Assembly (NCBI GenBank): GCA_976551045.1
Contig: CDPCPM010000207.1
Span: 4,898,001-4,962,000, forward strand
From: Glaucostegus cemiculus
Lineage: Eukaryota
Direction: 5' to 3'
Length of the DNA stretch: 64,000 bases
The notes under the pieces were generated by a model. It saw only the letters and a program-made list of their open reading frames with translations, made no database searches and was not told the origin of the DNA. Every line of letters starts with the position of its first letter. The first letter of the stretch is position 1. Of the stretch, positions 52,514 through 63,885 are shown in pieces. The position numbers and the translations under genes are program-made.

Positions 52514-55500
52514 ACAAGACTTCCCTGGTCTGTATGGTACAATGTCACAATGGGATCACATATTCTATTATTTCCCAACATAAAGCTTTTCTTTTTAATT
52601 ACAGAGTTGTCACTTTGCAGATCTAAATCACGAGAAAAGGTGTCAAGCAATGTCTCAAATGTTTAATGGAGTAGCTTTGTCCACATTTGAGACACTCAAC
52701 ATCCAGGTTTCACAGTGTCATCCGGTATGCGAAACCAGTGGGAAGGTGGATCTTCGTGGAGAACGGGAGCAGCTTCGAAATTTACAATGAAAGCAGGGAA
52801 AAAAAATCAAAACTCCACAACTCCACGTAAAACCAAGCAGTGCTTAATCACATACCGCTCTGATAAAATTTCACCTTTACCCTTACTTAAGTGGAGATCA
52901 TTTAGTCCAGGCAGGAATAATCCTTGGTGAATAAGCACTCCTGGCGCAAGCATTCACCTCTGGCCTGAATCAACTCACTGGGCACCCGACATTCAACATA
53001 ACATCTAATTCTGTATTTAAACTACGTTTCGGCTCAGGTTCAAACGAAACCGAGAGAATGACACTTGTACGTCAGTTACACATCCCACGGATTAACCCAA
53101 ATCCACCATTTGATTTGGAACAGCTTTTGATCTCAGACGCAATTCTACATTCGTTCTACACCCAATGTCACTTAAAGGTTACGGTAAGAATATTTAACCT
53201 CAAACCTTAATCACCTACGTGGTTCAGTTGCTGAAAGTCCTATACCAGATACCATTGGGAAAGGCCGTGTTGCGGTTATTTTCAACATACAAACTCTCCG
53301 AATAATCACAGTAACGTATTTCAATCTGAAGTCTTCAATTATTTTATTTTTTTGTGCACCACCTCACACTTCTCCTCACAATTAGAAACGCATATTTCAG
53401 GTGAAATAAAGGTACCTAGCTAGGAGGAATAGTTACCCTTCGAAAAGCAATTCGTAAAAGTGCATTCCATACCCACCAGACACACGGGCCACAGGTGGGT
53501 GAACAAACTCACTGTCAAGCAATGGTGAGTTTCAAGGTTGTTTAGGGGCAGTGTCCATGAGAATGCTGCTCACACAACTAACTTCCTTGCCTCAGAGGAT
53601 TTACAGTGTCCCTGTACCCGTTCCACAGCATGGGGATAGACGGATGGAAAGATTTATAGATTGTTGAAGCTGGGCTTCCAGTAGTTTGGAGTTGGAATAA
53701 TTAAGAGTAAGGATCGGGATACGAAACCCTGTCGATACGTAGTATGTCCCCCTCTCCCACAACATCTCCCAATATGGATACTTAAACAGGTTCTCTGGTC
53801 GCGCAGTGAAGAGACTTACTTGCCTAATAAGAGATTTTCAGTCCTATAAATGCGGTTTATGTGGTTCCAGCTTTTGTCATTAGGCCACATATTGGTCTAT
53901 TTATTCAAAAGTCAAGTTGGCGTACACTTTGAAAACGGAATTTTAGAACTGAAATACGCCAGGGTTTCTCTTCAATCATAATTTCCCCCGGTAAAGAGAA
54001 CGGAACGGATGCCATCAGTACCACGAATGAATGACAGGTGAGCAGAGGGAGAAATGTTGAATCATTGTCACGATTCAAAATATTTTTTTTTGGAAGTGGA
54101 GTGACCGAATGACCGGGAGAAATCCTGGCCTTTCGCCATTTCCAGGGCAAATTGACCCAGACTCCTGCTGTTTGATGATTTACGGGTTCCAGCTTCGGTG
54201 GCAAATGCTCCATTAAAGATTCTTCCCACCTCCCTGACAACCCTGTGAACCACTACTTCAAATTTCAACAACAAAAAAAAACCTTCCTGAAATATGGAAC
54301 CTGGTAACAAATCATTTAACATTTCAACTCAATTTCGTACCATGTGAGATGATTTCATGACACGAAATCCACAGTGGTGTTCGACCTTTGGGGCGAAAAA
54401 AGTGCTTTAGAACCTTAATGGTTCACTGAGTAAATATTTATATTCATGCATTACATTTTTTTAAATTTAAAATACTTTGTCATTTTGAGATTGTTTGGTC
54501 AGCGATATATTGCAAGAAGGATGTATTATGTTCCATTTTAATTTAAAGTCAATGAAGAAAAAAATCTCAAATATATTTGCTTTGCACAGGCAGTGTGTGT
54601 CCATCCCAAGTGCCAAATTTCGACTGTAATGGAACGGCGGCGGTGAACTATATTCCTCACTGAACTCGTTAGACTTCAGGAGGCACTTGAAGGTGGAGGC
54701 TTTTAGGGCACGGGCGTTGGAGGTGGGGGGGGAGGACGAAAGTGAGACAGAGCGAGGACGGCTCGTCGCAAAGTGGACATCTCATTAGAATTCAGAACCA
54801 TGTCACTGGCGGGTTTGAATGGGGAGCTCCCAATGTGGTCCGTCTGTGTTGGAAATGGGAGTGAGGGCCCCCGACAGCCCCCGCCTCCTTCCACGCGAAA
54901 ATAAAGAAAAGTTAGCGTTATTTCTGCTCCACTTCACCGTTCCTGGATACTAGAGGCCAACAGCAAACAGCTGCCACCCTTGCCTGAAAAGTGACCAAAT
55001 TATCGAGAACTTGACCTCTTAAAGGGGCCAACCTAAAACCCAATCAAAAAGTCTGGAATGCTAATCTGCCTGCACATTCCGCGCCGGTTGGGTTTTGACT
55101 GTAATCTAATAAAGGAATGTTTAATCTATTTAAGCCAAATGGCTGTCTTTCGCGAACCCCTCGCTTTAAACGATCAATGAGAACCCTGAGATTTGCACAA
55201 CAGATTTTAAAACGTCTAGGCAACGTGCCGCCTTGATGTAATGAGATGAAAGGGAGGGGGGAAAGCGATTTAACATTTTATTCCTACATAAACTCGGCTG
55301 TTCTGCTTCGAAATGAGTTCAACTAGCATGACAATTAGCGTTAAAAAAAATCAGCAATAAGTCTCTGCAATGGGGGAATGAAAGCAAGAGTAGTTCATCT
55401 TATAGAAAGGGAGATTACTCACGTCGCTTTGCGGCCTGTTTTAATGGTATTGTCTCGAGTCGACCTGATTGACTGTGACCACGAGTTTTCTTTTCTGACT

Positions 55501-55562
55501 CTTTGCATTTTGGTCATCTTTTGTTCGCTCTTGCTCTCCTCGAAGCTGTGGAAGTGGATTCT

Positions 55563-55584
55563 ACTTTCGGTTATCTAGCTTTAT
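55563..55584 (-). ncRNA. mir-9: mature miR-9-3p (miR-9*)
   Basis: Plus strand ACTTTCGGTTATCTAGCTTTAT is the exact reverse complement of AUAAAGCUAGAUAACCGAAAGU. Confidence 0.99.
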
Positions 55585-55600
55585 GATAGATCATCAATAC

Positions 55601-55623
55601 TCATACAGCTAGATAACCAAAGA
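55601..55623 (-). ncRNA. mir-9: mature miR-9-5p
   Basis: Plus strand TCATACAGCTAGATAACCAAAGA is the exact reverse complement of UCUUUGGUUAUCUAGCUGUAUGA. Confidence 0.99.
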
Positions 55624-55949
55624 CAGCAGCCAACTTCCGCTCCACATCTCAGGCGGTGGAAGAGGGGGGTCAAGAAGATTTTTCCATCTGTCATCAAAGA
55701 AGGAAGAGAAAATATCAGCAGCGAGCAACTGGCGTCTCCTCGCACCTCTCCCTCTGCGAGCTCGACACACTAGGTTCTGCATTTCTACAGGGGCAGAAGG
55801 GAGACGCTTAGCACGAACAGATCTTAACATTTTTTTGCATTCAATCCATGATCTGACCTGACTCTCCCACAGCCAAGATTGAACGTTCTGTCTCCCTCAC
55901 ATACCACACTTACACATACACACACACACACCCACGCACAAGATCCACT

Positions 55950-56240
55950 GCTATTCACATGCTAATTGGTCTTTCAGTGGTGACGGAACTACAGCAGCAA
56001 CCAATCCCTGTTTTCCACCGGCTTTATTCAAATCACAAAGATTTCCCGCTTTTTTCTTGGTTTCAGATATTACCTCCAATTCAAATTGATTCTGTCACAA
56101 TTCACTATCTTAACCCTTGGATTTAAAGGGATGTTCGATTAAAACGATCCCTCCAAAGGTGTAAACATAGCAAGCGCGATTGCCCGAAGACATTCCACCA
56201 TTCCAACATTAAGAATATATTCCTAACCAATCAGGAGCCA
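55950..56240. promoter_or_regulatory. candidate proximal promoter with two CCAAT (NF-Y) boxes upstream of miR-9
   Basis: AACCAATCC (CCAAT at 56001-56005) and AACCAATCAG (CCAAT at 56227-56231), 0.2-0.45 kb upstream of the predicted hairpin exon. Confidence 0.35.
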
Positions 56241-58329
56241 GGGTCCAGGGGTGGGAGATTTCAAATTAAACACGAACCTTTTCTGAATATTAAATTATGT
56301 CCTTTTTCTAATCCGGTCACAGGCACAAGCATTTTGGCTTTTTCTTTACCATTTACGAGCTAGTTCTTCAAACCAAAATTTAGCAAAACCAGATCTCACT
56401 TCTAACAGTAGTTACTTATCGCCATAAAAATCAAAGCACATTGACTGTTTCGTGTTCAGGATTGCAAAGAACTAGTCGAGTTCAAACTGGTGTTGAATTA
56501 GGGCAACGCACGATCATCTTCTTTCTTGCATATTTTTAAAATATAGATTTTATTTAATTGCTGCAATTTCGTCTTATTCGCATATTTTATTACTCATAAA
56601 ATGAAAGTTAGTCGCGAATCTCGGCCGTTCATTTCATTCCTCCTCACGACTCCCCCCCCCCGGCAGCAAAAAAGTTCCAGGATGGGATTTGCAAATAGAC
56701 TTTACTGGCAAATGAACAGGCTCATTATACATGGTCTGCAATTAGAGCGCCAGGCTCGGATTCCCTGTAGAATCCCCAGAGCGCGGCTATAAAAGAGCTT
56801 ACTCAAAAATAAAAATCGTCAAACTACAGTATAAGCCACGAGCCATGTACTCGATATTCATTTTCATCATGAGTAATTAGCGTATATTTCTGTCACAAAG
56901 TAAACCTGGTCCGTTTATTAACCAGGGACAACATCGACCACAATTTAAGCGGAAAGCAGAAAAATGCATGAAAGTGAAAGACAAAATCGAATGCCTTCAA
57001 TTCTACCTTATTTGCATATTTCTAGGCTGCATTTTAATAATGAGCTCTACGTCATTTTGGTAAAAAAAATAACCAAACACACTGACCCCAATTCATCTCC
57101 AGTATTTTTCTGCCTTTGCCAATAATCTCCGGTTTCCATCATCACATGGAAACTAAAACCAGAATGGGGTAAAGTGGGAATAATAAGTATACAAATCTCT
57201 ACCAAAATCTATAGCCCGCATTCAGGCAGATGTGAAATGGTTGTTTCAGAATTAATTCATGAGAGAATTAGGTATCCCTGTGCACTGCTGTTGAAGTTAA
57301 TATGACGTTTAAAGATGGAAGCGGGGATCTTTTACTATTGAAATAATAATTCGAAAATTAAGGCCACAAATGTACTGTATTGGATTTACAGAAAATGTTC
57401 ACGGTTAGTAATTATATGGTCCTGAATATTGGATGGTTGGGGTTGACACGGGATTAGTGATAGAGTGAGAGGAATCGCATAATTTTGTTTCATTTCAAGT
57501 CTCGACGACAACAAAACGTCAAATCATCTAAATATAGGTGAGGGATTAATTGCAAACAACCAGGCTGCTTGCGTCATAGCCTTTGTCAACACTTGTCTCT
57601 CGTCCCGGTCTTAACCTGGCCAAAGGAATTCTTGAACAGTTTAGGATTCTGCATAACCCCCAAAATGGAAAAGTAGAGATTTCTGAAATTCGTTTGATGT
57701 TTGTTTAGAATTACGATATGCAAGTAAGCACTTCGAAATCAAATGCCTCTGTGATATTAGCCTTTGATACTGTATATACAATGAGACGAATGGAATAGTT
57801 GTTTCAATTTTGTCTGTGGTACATATATAAAATCAACTTCAGAAGTATATAACTTGGTAGATTGATTAATAACCTAATTACATAAGTAACTATATTTTCA
57901 ATAGGCATTTCCCACAAGAAATGTATGTAAACATTGCATTTCTATACAATGAACCAGCTGGAAAGTCAAAGCTTCTTTTGTGTTTTAATACATTGGGAAA
58001 AAAAGAAATGAACTCTTTCATTGTCCTTAATCGTTTTTACCACATTTGAGCATCTGTCTTAATCTAAAGTAACGCCTCAGTTTAGTTTGGTGACCGGGAT
58101 TCTAGTTTCCTTTATTATAAGAAACGCTACGCAGCAAAAGAAAAATAAACACGCCCAGGTGTAATCATGGAATAATTTTCGTGAATCGTACACAGCTGCT
58201 CTATCACACCGCCAATACTTAAGTTCTTGAGTCTCTTCATTTTAACTTAACTCGTGGAAATACCACAACACTTATAATGGACATTAAAACAAGCAATGTT
58301 GTTGAAATTGAGTACATTCTACATTCCAT

Positions 58330-58458
58330 ATTGTTTTACCCTGTACTACATGAATGCACTAAATAATGAATTGATCTGTATGAACGGTGTGCAAGACAAG
58401 TTTTTCACCGTGCCTTGGTACAAGTGACAATAATAAACCAATTCCAATTCCAATTCCA
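58330..58458 (+). mobile_element. short retroposon 3' end (Rex1-like tail) with (CCAATT)n terminus
   Basis: ...TTTTCACCGTGCCTTGGTACAAGTGACAATAATAAACCAATTCCAATTCCAATTCCAA. Confidence 0.65.
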
Positions 58459-60829
58459 AAATGAGTACTGCTAAAGATTTTCTCTGTTTTATTTTTGAAG
58501 GAAGAGAGAGATAGAGAACTGGAGTAATTCCCCGCCCACCCCACACACCTTCATTATGTTCAGACACCAAAGTGCAGGTCTTCGAGCACTAACCCAAATA
58601 GTTGCTCCAAAAAAAAGCTTATCTACTGTCGTCTTCCAATCAGTATTTTGGTAATTATTCCAAAAGTAAGTTTTCCATTTCGAATTTAAGGAATTCAAAA
58701 ACAATTCTTTACACTAAAAATATGTACAGGAAAACTCCTCGGTGTGACGGATCTCCTCAATGATTCTTTTAACACTCCAGTATTGTCAGTTCCAATATAT
58801 CCCACAAAATAAACATAGATTATCATCTTGATAAAGAAAAATACTTTTTTTCATATTTGATGATCATTTTATTGGAAAGAAAAGAATTCTAACAAAATGA
58901 TCTTTTTTTTTAGAAAGAGTCCATCTGGTTCCTACAATTACTAAAGATATTTTAATATATTCTGCGGATGACGCCCACTGTTCAAATCCGATTATACTGA
59001 TTTGTTCCATCGATGTCTAAATCCGAAATCGTTTGCCTCGGATTGTTTGAGACATGGTTTTTAGGAAGGGACGGTTCAACAAAGCAGATCGCTCCGATTT
59101 AAATTTGTTTTAATGATTCGGGCAGGTGGAAATAATTTGAACCGAATCGTCTGGAACTTTTTGATACAGTTCACTTGCGTGGAGACAATGGTCATGTGGC
59201 TATAGGTTAGGATTTCCCAGTTACACTTCCTACTGAATATCTGAACCCAAGTTGTGGAGTCATTTCTGCCTAGAGTTCATACACATTGATCTCCTTTAGC
59301 AGGGATTGATTTTTTAAAAATCAGTTTTGAAGCATAATAAAAATTCAAGTTCTTAAAATCGTGGGCTTAACTGAAATTGGTAACAGCTCTCTCAGAAACT
59401 CTGCAGTCCCAATGTACATATGCACCCAAAGTAACATAGGGTGATTTTAAATATATCAAATAAATAGTCGTTTCCTTTATCGTTTCGCTCGAATACCTCG
59501 AATCTGCTGTAAACAACTTTGTTCCACCAAAAAAAAACTAAAGTACGTCACCAAACAGTCAATAAGGGCAAAGCCATGAGATCAGCTGCTAAAGTAAAAG
59601 TGTTAGCCTGGCTAAACCGAACACCTCATCCATGATCCTTCAAGTTAAACAAATGCACTCTTCCCTGAGGTCAACACCTCTTGAAACAATTTGTACATCC
59701 CAACCCACCCAAGGTACTGAAGCAGGACACAGATTGATTTCAGATTACTTTGCGTCCCTTCAGAAGTAAAAGAACCGAACAGTGATGTGTTTTCGCGAAT
59801 TCAAATGAGACTCTGATGTTCTACAGAAATTAGTATTCGGAATATTTACAGCTGCAGCCTACAAAATGCAACTTTTAACAAAGAGAAACAGTGGCCATTG
59901 CATCGCTAATTTCAGGCATTTATCTTCATGCGTTTTCTTTGTATTTTTTAACGTGCACAATTGGAATTCATTCACTTTTTTCACAATTAGAAGATTCTAA
60001 TGTGATTTTAAGAAATAATAATTGTTGGTTATTATGTTAAAATCTATTTGAATAGTCAAAGTTTTTATAATCTTTGAGAGCCATGTTGAGGTGCCAAACA
60101 TTCTTGAAGGCAGTCGATCAGATACTGAATGGCTGCTTTAAAAAACAAAACATTCAATGTATTTTAATGCCATTCAGTGGGATGTTTTGCAAAAACAGTA
60201 TTAAAATTATCGGGATTTTTATTACAACATTTTCAACGTGGCCTTAATCTTTGGGTTTTTTTCCGGGTTTGTGATTCAATTAATTTATTCATTAATAAAG
60301 ACCAACAGGGATTTCTTTTTTTATTTGGAGGTGGGTGTTCTACCGTCCAGACTACAATGGCTGTGTGTGTCACGATGCAGGTGTGACATGATTTTTGATC
60401 ACAACTCGCGGGATTTCTATTTGGAGGATAGAAATGTACTGATATGTAAAAACTGAGGCAATAACATTAAAAACAGTAGAATGTTTTTGCATCCGTGTGT
60501 GAAATATGTGCAATGAACAAAGAGAATAAATAGAAAACTGTACTGGGATTTTGAAATACTATAACATCCTTAAAATTTTGCTCTCATCAGAGAACATGGC
60601 ACTGTTTTAGATGAAATTCATATCACAAAAAATCTGGGGCCGAGTGTTATGTCAGTCAAATCTGGCGCGCCAATTGCAGAATAATGTCCAATAAAAATCG
60701 ATTCATTATGCAACATTTGTTTAAGAAAAGCAAAACTCTGATCTCCTCACCTCGTGCCATATCAAGAGCACCTTATTGTTCAGATAATGAGATGTTTTAT
60801 TAAATTAATATTCCTTCCAATACCATTGT

Positions 60830-60920
60830 GAACACACTTCAGAAGTACCTCATTGGCTGCACAGCGCTTTGGGGTGTTCTGATATCATTAAAGGTGCCAT
60901 ATGAGTGCAAGTCGTTCTTT
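60830..60920 (+). mobile_element. Deu-SINE tail fragment (further tail fragments near 33675, 39900, 40970 and 47995)
   Basis: CACTTCAGAAGTACCTCATTGGCTGCACAGCGCTTTGGGG...AAAGGTGCCATATGAGTGCAAGTCGTTCTTT. Confidence 0.7.
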
Positions 60921-61801
60921 AATAACAGATAGATTATTACACTATTAGATACTCTAAAAAAGACAGTTATTATATGAAGTAAATTTACTGGAGTTTATTT
61001 TTTATGAATGGAGTTGGTTTGAAGAAAGATATTGTTAGATACATCTTGAGAACTTCTAAATTAACATTTAGGATTTAAAAAAATATATGCCACGCAAAGT
61101 GAGTGTATGTTTTAAGAAAATTCGGATAATTTCTACCGTATGCGTATATGTGTAGAGGACTCTGTATGTGCACGCCTGTAAAAAGCTACATTTATCTATA
61201 TAGACATTCGCATTTTGAGGGTACATAATCTTTAAAGACCTACAGCTGTATGTGTGCGTGGAGGTGCATATATATGAGAGAATATGCATAGAGATAATTT
61301 ATATTCTTTTGCAGGTATATAATCTATATTTATGATATGTGCACATATGTATGTCTGTAGAGGTCTATGCATACCATATGTGGTCATGGCATTAGCAAGT
61401 CCCTTCTGTTATTGGAATATTTAGAACAGTAGAGCATTTTAGCAGACCCGCGGTCTACAAACCGAGGGTTGATGTCAGGAAAATATATTCTAATATTCTT
61501 GTCCCCCACCCCCGCCTCTCAAAACAGAACTGTTTGATAAAGAATACTTGTGTCATGTTTCACAGCGTCAGGTGTTAAAAGGATTAGCGTTCTACGGGGT
61601 TATATGTCATGACGATTGACATCTTCTTAAGATTGATACCAACTACCGCAGCGCGGGCTGAGCTTGCCCAGACCCATCTTTGAAAAAAAAAGATAACGTT
61701 AATCATTTCCAGTGTAGAAGCAGATAGTAGTTGTTGCTTGGTCCAAAATCTGAATCATAGGACAACAGAGGCAGGTTCACTGTCTCATTATCTGAACCAA
61801 G

Positions 61802-61822
61802 AGTGCTGGCCCGGGTGCTGCA
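61802..61822 (-). promoter_or_regulatory. REST/NRSF RE1-like site
   Basis: Minus strand TGCAGCACCCGGGCCAGCACT versus consensus TTCAGCACCnnGGACAGCGCC. CAGCACC half-site and 2-nt spacer intact; GGCCAG in place of GGACAG. Confidence 0.55.
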
Positions 61823-63885
61823 ATTGCTCTGCATCTGTAAGTCTGTTTCCAATTAGCATCGGCGAGGTTTTAACATTTTACCTTAACACAAAATCTATAC
61901 TTGCTTAGCAATTTTATATAATAGGCCTCTCTGGTGCGGTTAAACATGAGGAATATCTCCCAGGTGTTCCCGTGCACGTTGCATTTTCCATGTAATATTC
62001 AGTGTGGTGGATGGACAAATAGTTCAAAGAGATCCATTGCACTCCACCTCAACGTAACACGGGCATCTGAAATAACAATTCCTTTACCCCGGGTTATTAG
62101 TTTACAGCAATCCTGACAAGAAATCAGGAATCGCCCCACCCCCAACAAAGTTTGCATTAAATCCCTGCTATTTCCAAACCACGAATATTATATTTTAGCC
62201 AGTGAGTTATTCAGATTTATGAACACATCAGGCGGGAGATAATCAGTTCACATAATCACGTTGAGAAGCAAACACAGTCCCCATTGTACGTACATTACGT
62301 CTGACGCACTTTCTTTATAATTATTACAAGTTATTTTTAGTAAAACCTCAAGTAACCCATGCTTTTAAATGCCCTCAATGATTCTTGTTTTAATTACTGT
62401 AATGCATCCTCTCCACCCTCCCAACAGCTACTAAATATAAGTAAGGCTTATCAGAAATTGGCTCAAAAATGGTGGTGTCAGTCAGGATTGTGATAATGTG
62501 GCATTTCTTCCATTATTTATAGCTGATACTAACAGGGCCAGTTTACTCCCAACGGCCCCTTGTTCATCTGAACTTGGCTGAAATGTAAGCAGTATACACC
62601 TATCAATGTGTCTGGCCTGTTCCAATTAACATCCAATTACTACTTTGCGCCTGTTGTTCTATTTCAAATCAAATATTTCACAAAACAAAACATATTTACT
62701 GCCCCCCTTTATACTTGCATTAGGTTTGATATCTAGAAGCAGTTACAATATGTAAAAAAAGTATTAACATAAGGAATGCAAAATCTTTGCCGCAAGAAAA
62801 AGATCAAATCACTTTAGAACCATGCAGCTGAAATTAACATGTAACAAACTGGGAGGGGGGCAGAGAACAAACTAAAATTAACAATCAAGTAAGGTCGGAA
62901 TATAACTCACAGTGTACAATAATCCAACAGCAATTAATTCCAAACGTAGACCTTAAATTCACCCGGACCCCAGCAACGCCTTCATCTCCAAGGCCCGCAG
63001 ACACTAATACAAAATTATACCTCGATCAAATTGGCGTCAAGCGAATCCCATCCAGGAATGAACTGACCTTCCCTACACGGATTTCCTTTTAGGAATTCCG
63101 AAGGTGGAACCAGCTGCAAAGAGACGAGTTGGATAAGTTGGAATAATGCGGTCTTGCCCGTCTCTTATAATGACCACAAGAATGGTCTTTGGAAGGGGTG
63201 GGGTGTTGGTGAGGAGTGGTGGGGGTGGGGATGGTAGTACGGGCAGCGAAGGTGACTGCCTTCCCATCTTGTTCACGGACTTGGCCGTGAACTGCAGCGT
63301 CAGCGCCGAGAAGAATAGAGAGCCGCCGATGAACGTGGCCTTGCCCTAATCCCCTCCTCGCCCCCTCCTCCCCCCCCACAGAGTGGAGGGGAAGAAGGGG
63401 AGGGAGGGGCGATGAAACAATGAAAAGGTGCCTCACCCGCCTAGTTACCAATAAATAATGACCTCAGGATGGGTCAAGCAATAGACACCAAGTTTAACGC
63501 CGCTTCCTCGGCCTATTACAGGAACACATGTCCAGTCGCTGCTCTAACTTTAAACCTGCCTGTTTAATGCGAGGTCGCTTCCCCTCTTTGGCTCAGATTA
63601 ATCCCTCAAACTTTAGGCGGAAAACGCATCGATATTAGCACAGAGGACCCGGCGAAATGGAAGACTCGGTATCAGCCCGCCACAGCTCAGCACGGCAGCG
63701 AGGATTTCGCTGGAAGCTCGCCTTAGCACCAGCAAATGGTCGCTCACAAAATGTAGCTCCTATGCCTTGAGGATACTGGTGGCTATATTTCAAATGCCAG
63801 CGATCGGAGGGGGATGTGGAGAGAGGGGTGGGGGTAGGGGAGGGCTGGCGGGGAGCTTTCTTCGTCCCTCTTGACCTGTACCTAC

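Larger units (their letters stand above)
55550..55638 (-). ncRNA. mir-9: microRNA-9 precursor hairpin (paralogue number not assignable from this window)
   Basis: Minus strand reads GGAAGTTGGCTGCTG-TCTTTGGTTATCTAGCTGTATGA-GTATTGATGATCTATC-ATAAAGCTAGATAACCGAAAGT-AGAATCCACTTCC. It has both canonical mature arms, a GGAAGT/ACTTCC basal stem, and a CNNC (CTTC) about 17-18 nt past the 3p end. Confidence 0.99.
55423..55784 (-). ncRNA. predicted miR-9 host (pri-miRNA/lncRNA) exon containing the hairpin
   Basis: Acceptor GCTAAGCGTCTCCCTTCTGCCCCTGTAG| (AG at 55786-55785); alternative acceptor GCTGATATTTTCTCTTCCTTCTTTGATGACAG| (AG at 55689-55688); donor GAC|GTGAGT at 55422-55417. Motif evidence only. 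Confidence 0.6.

Noticed and set aside
56787-56797. Possible MEF2 site CTATAAAAGAG
   Set aside because: Does not fit YTA(A/T)4TAR.
61085-61385. Long TG/TA-rich alternating stretch
   Set aside because: Decayed simple repeat with no periodic unit or structure evident.
63634-63654. Second RE1-like word ATTAGCACAGAGGACCCGGCG
   Set aside because: Too many mismatches in both half-sites.
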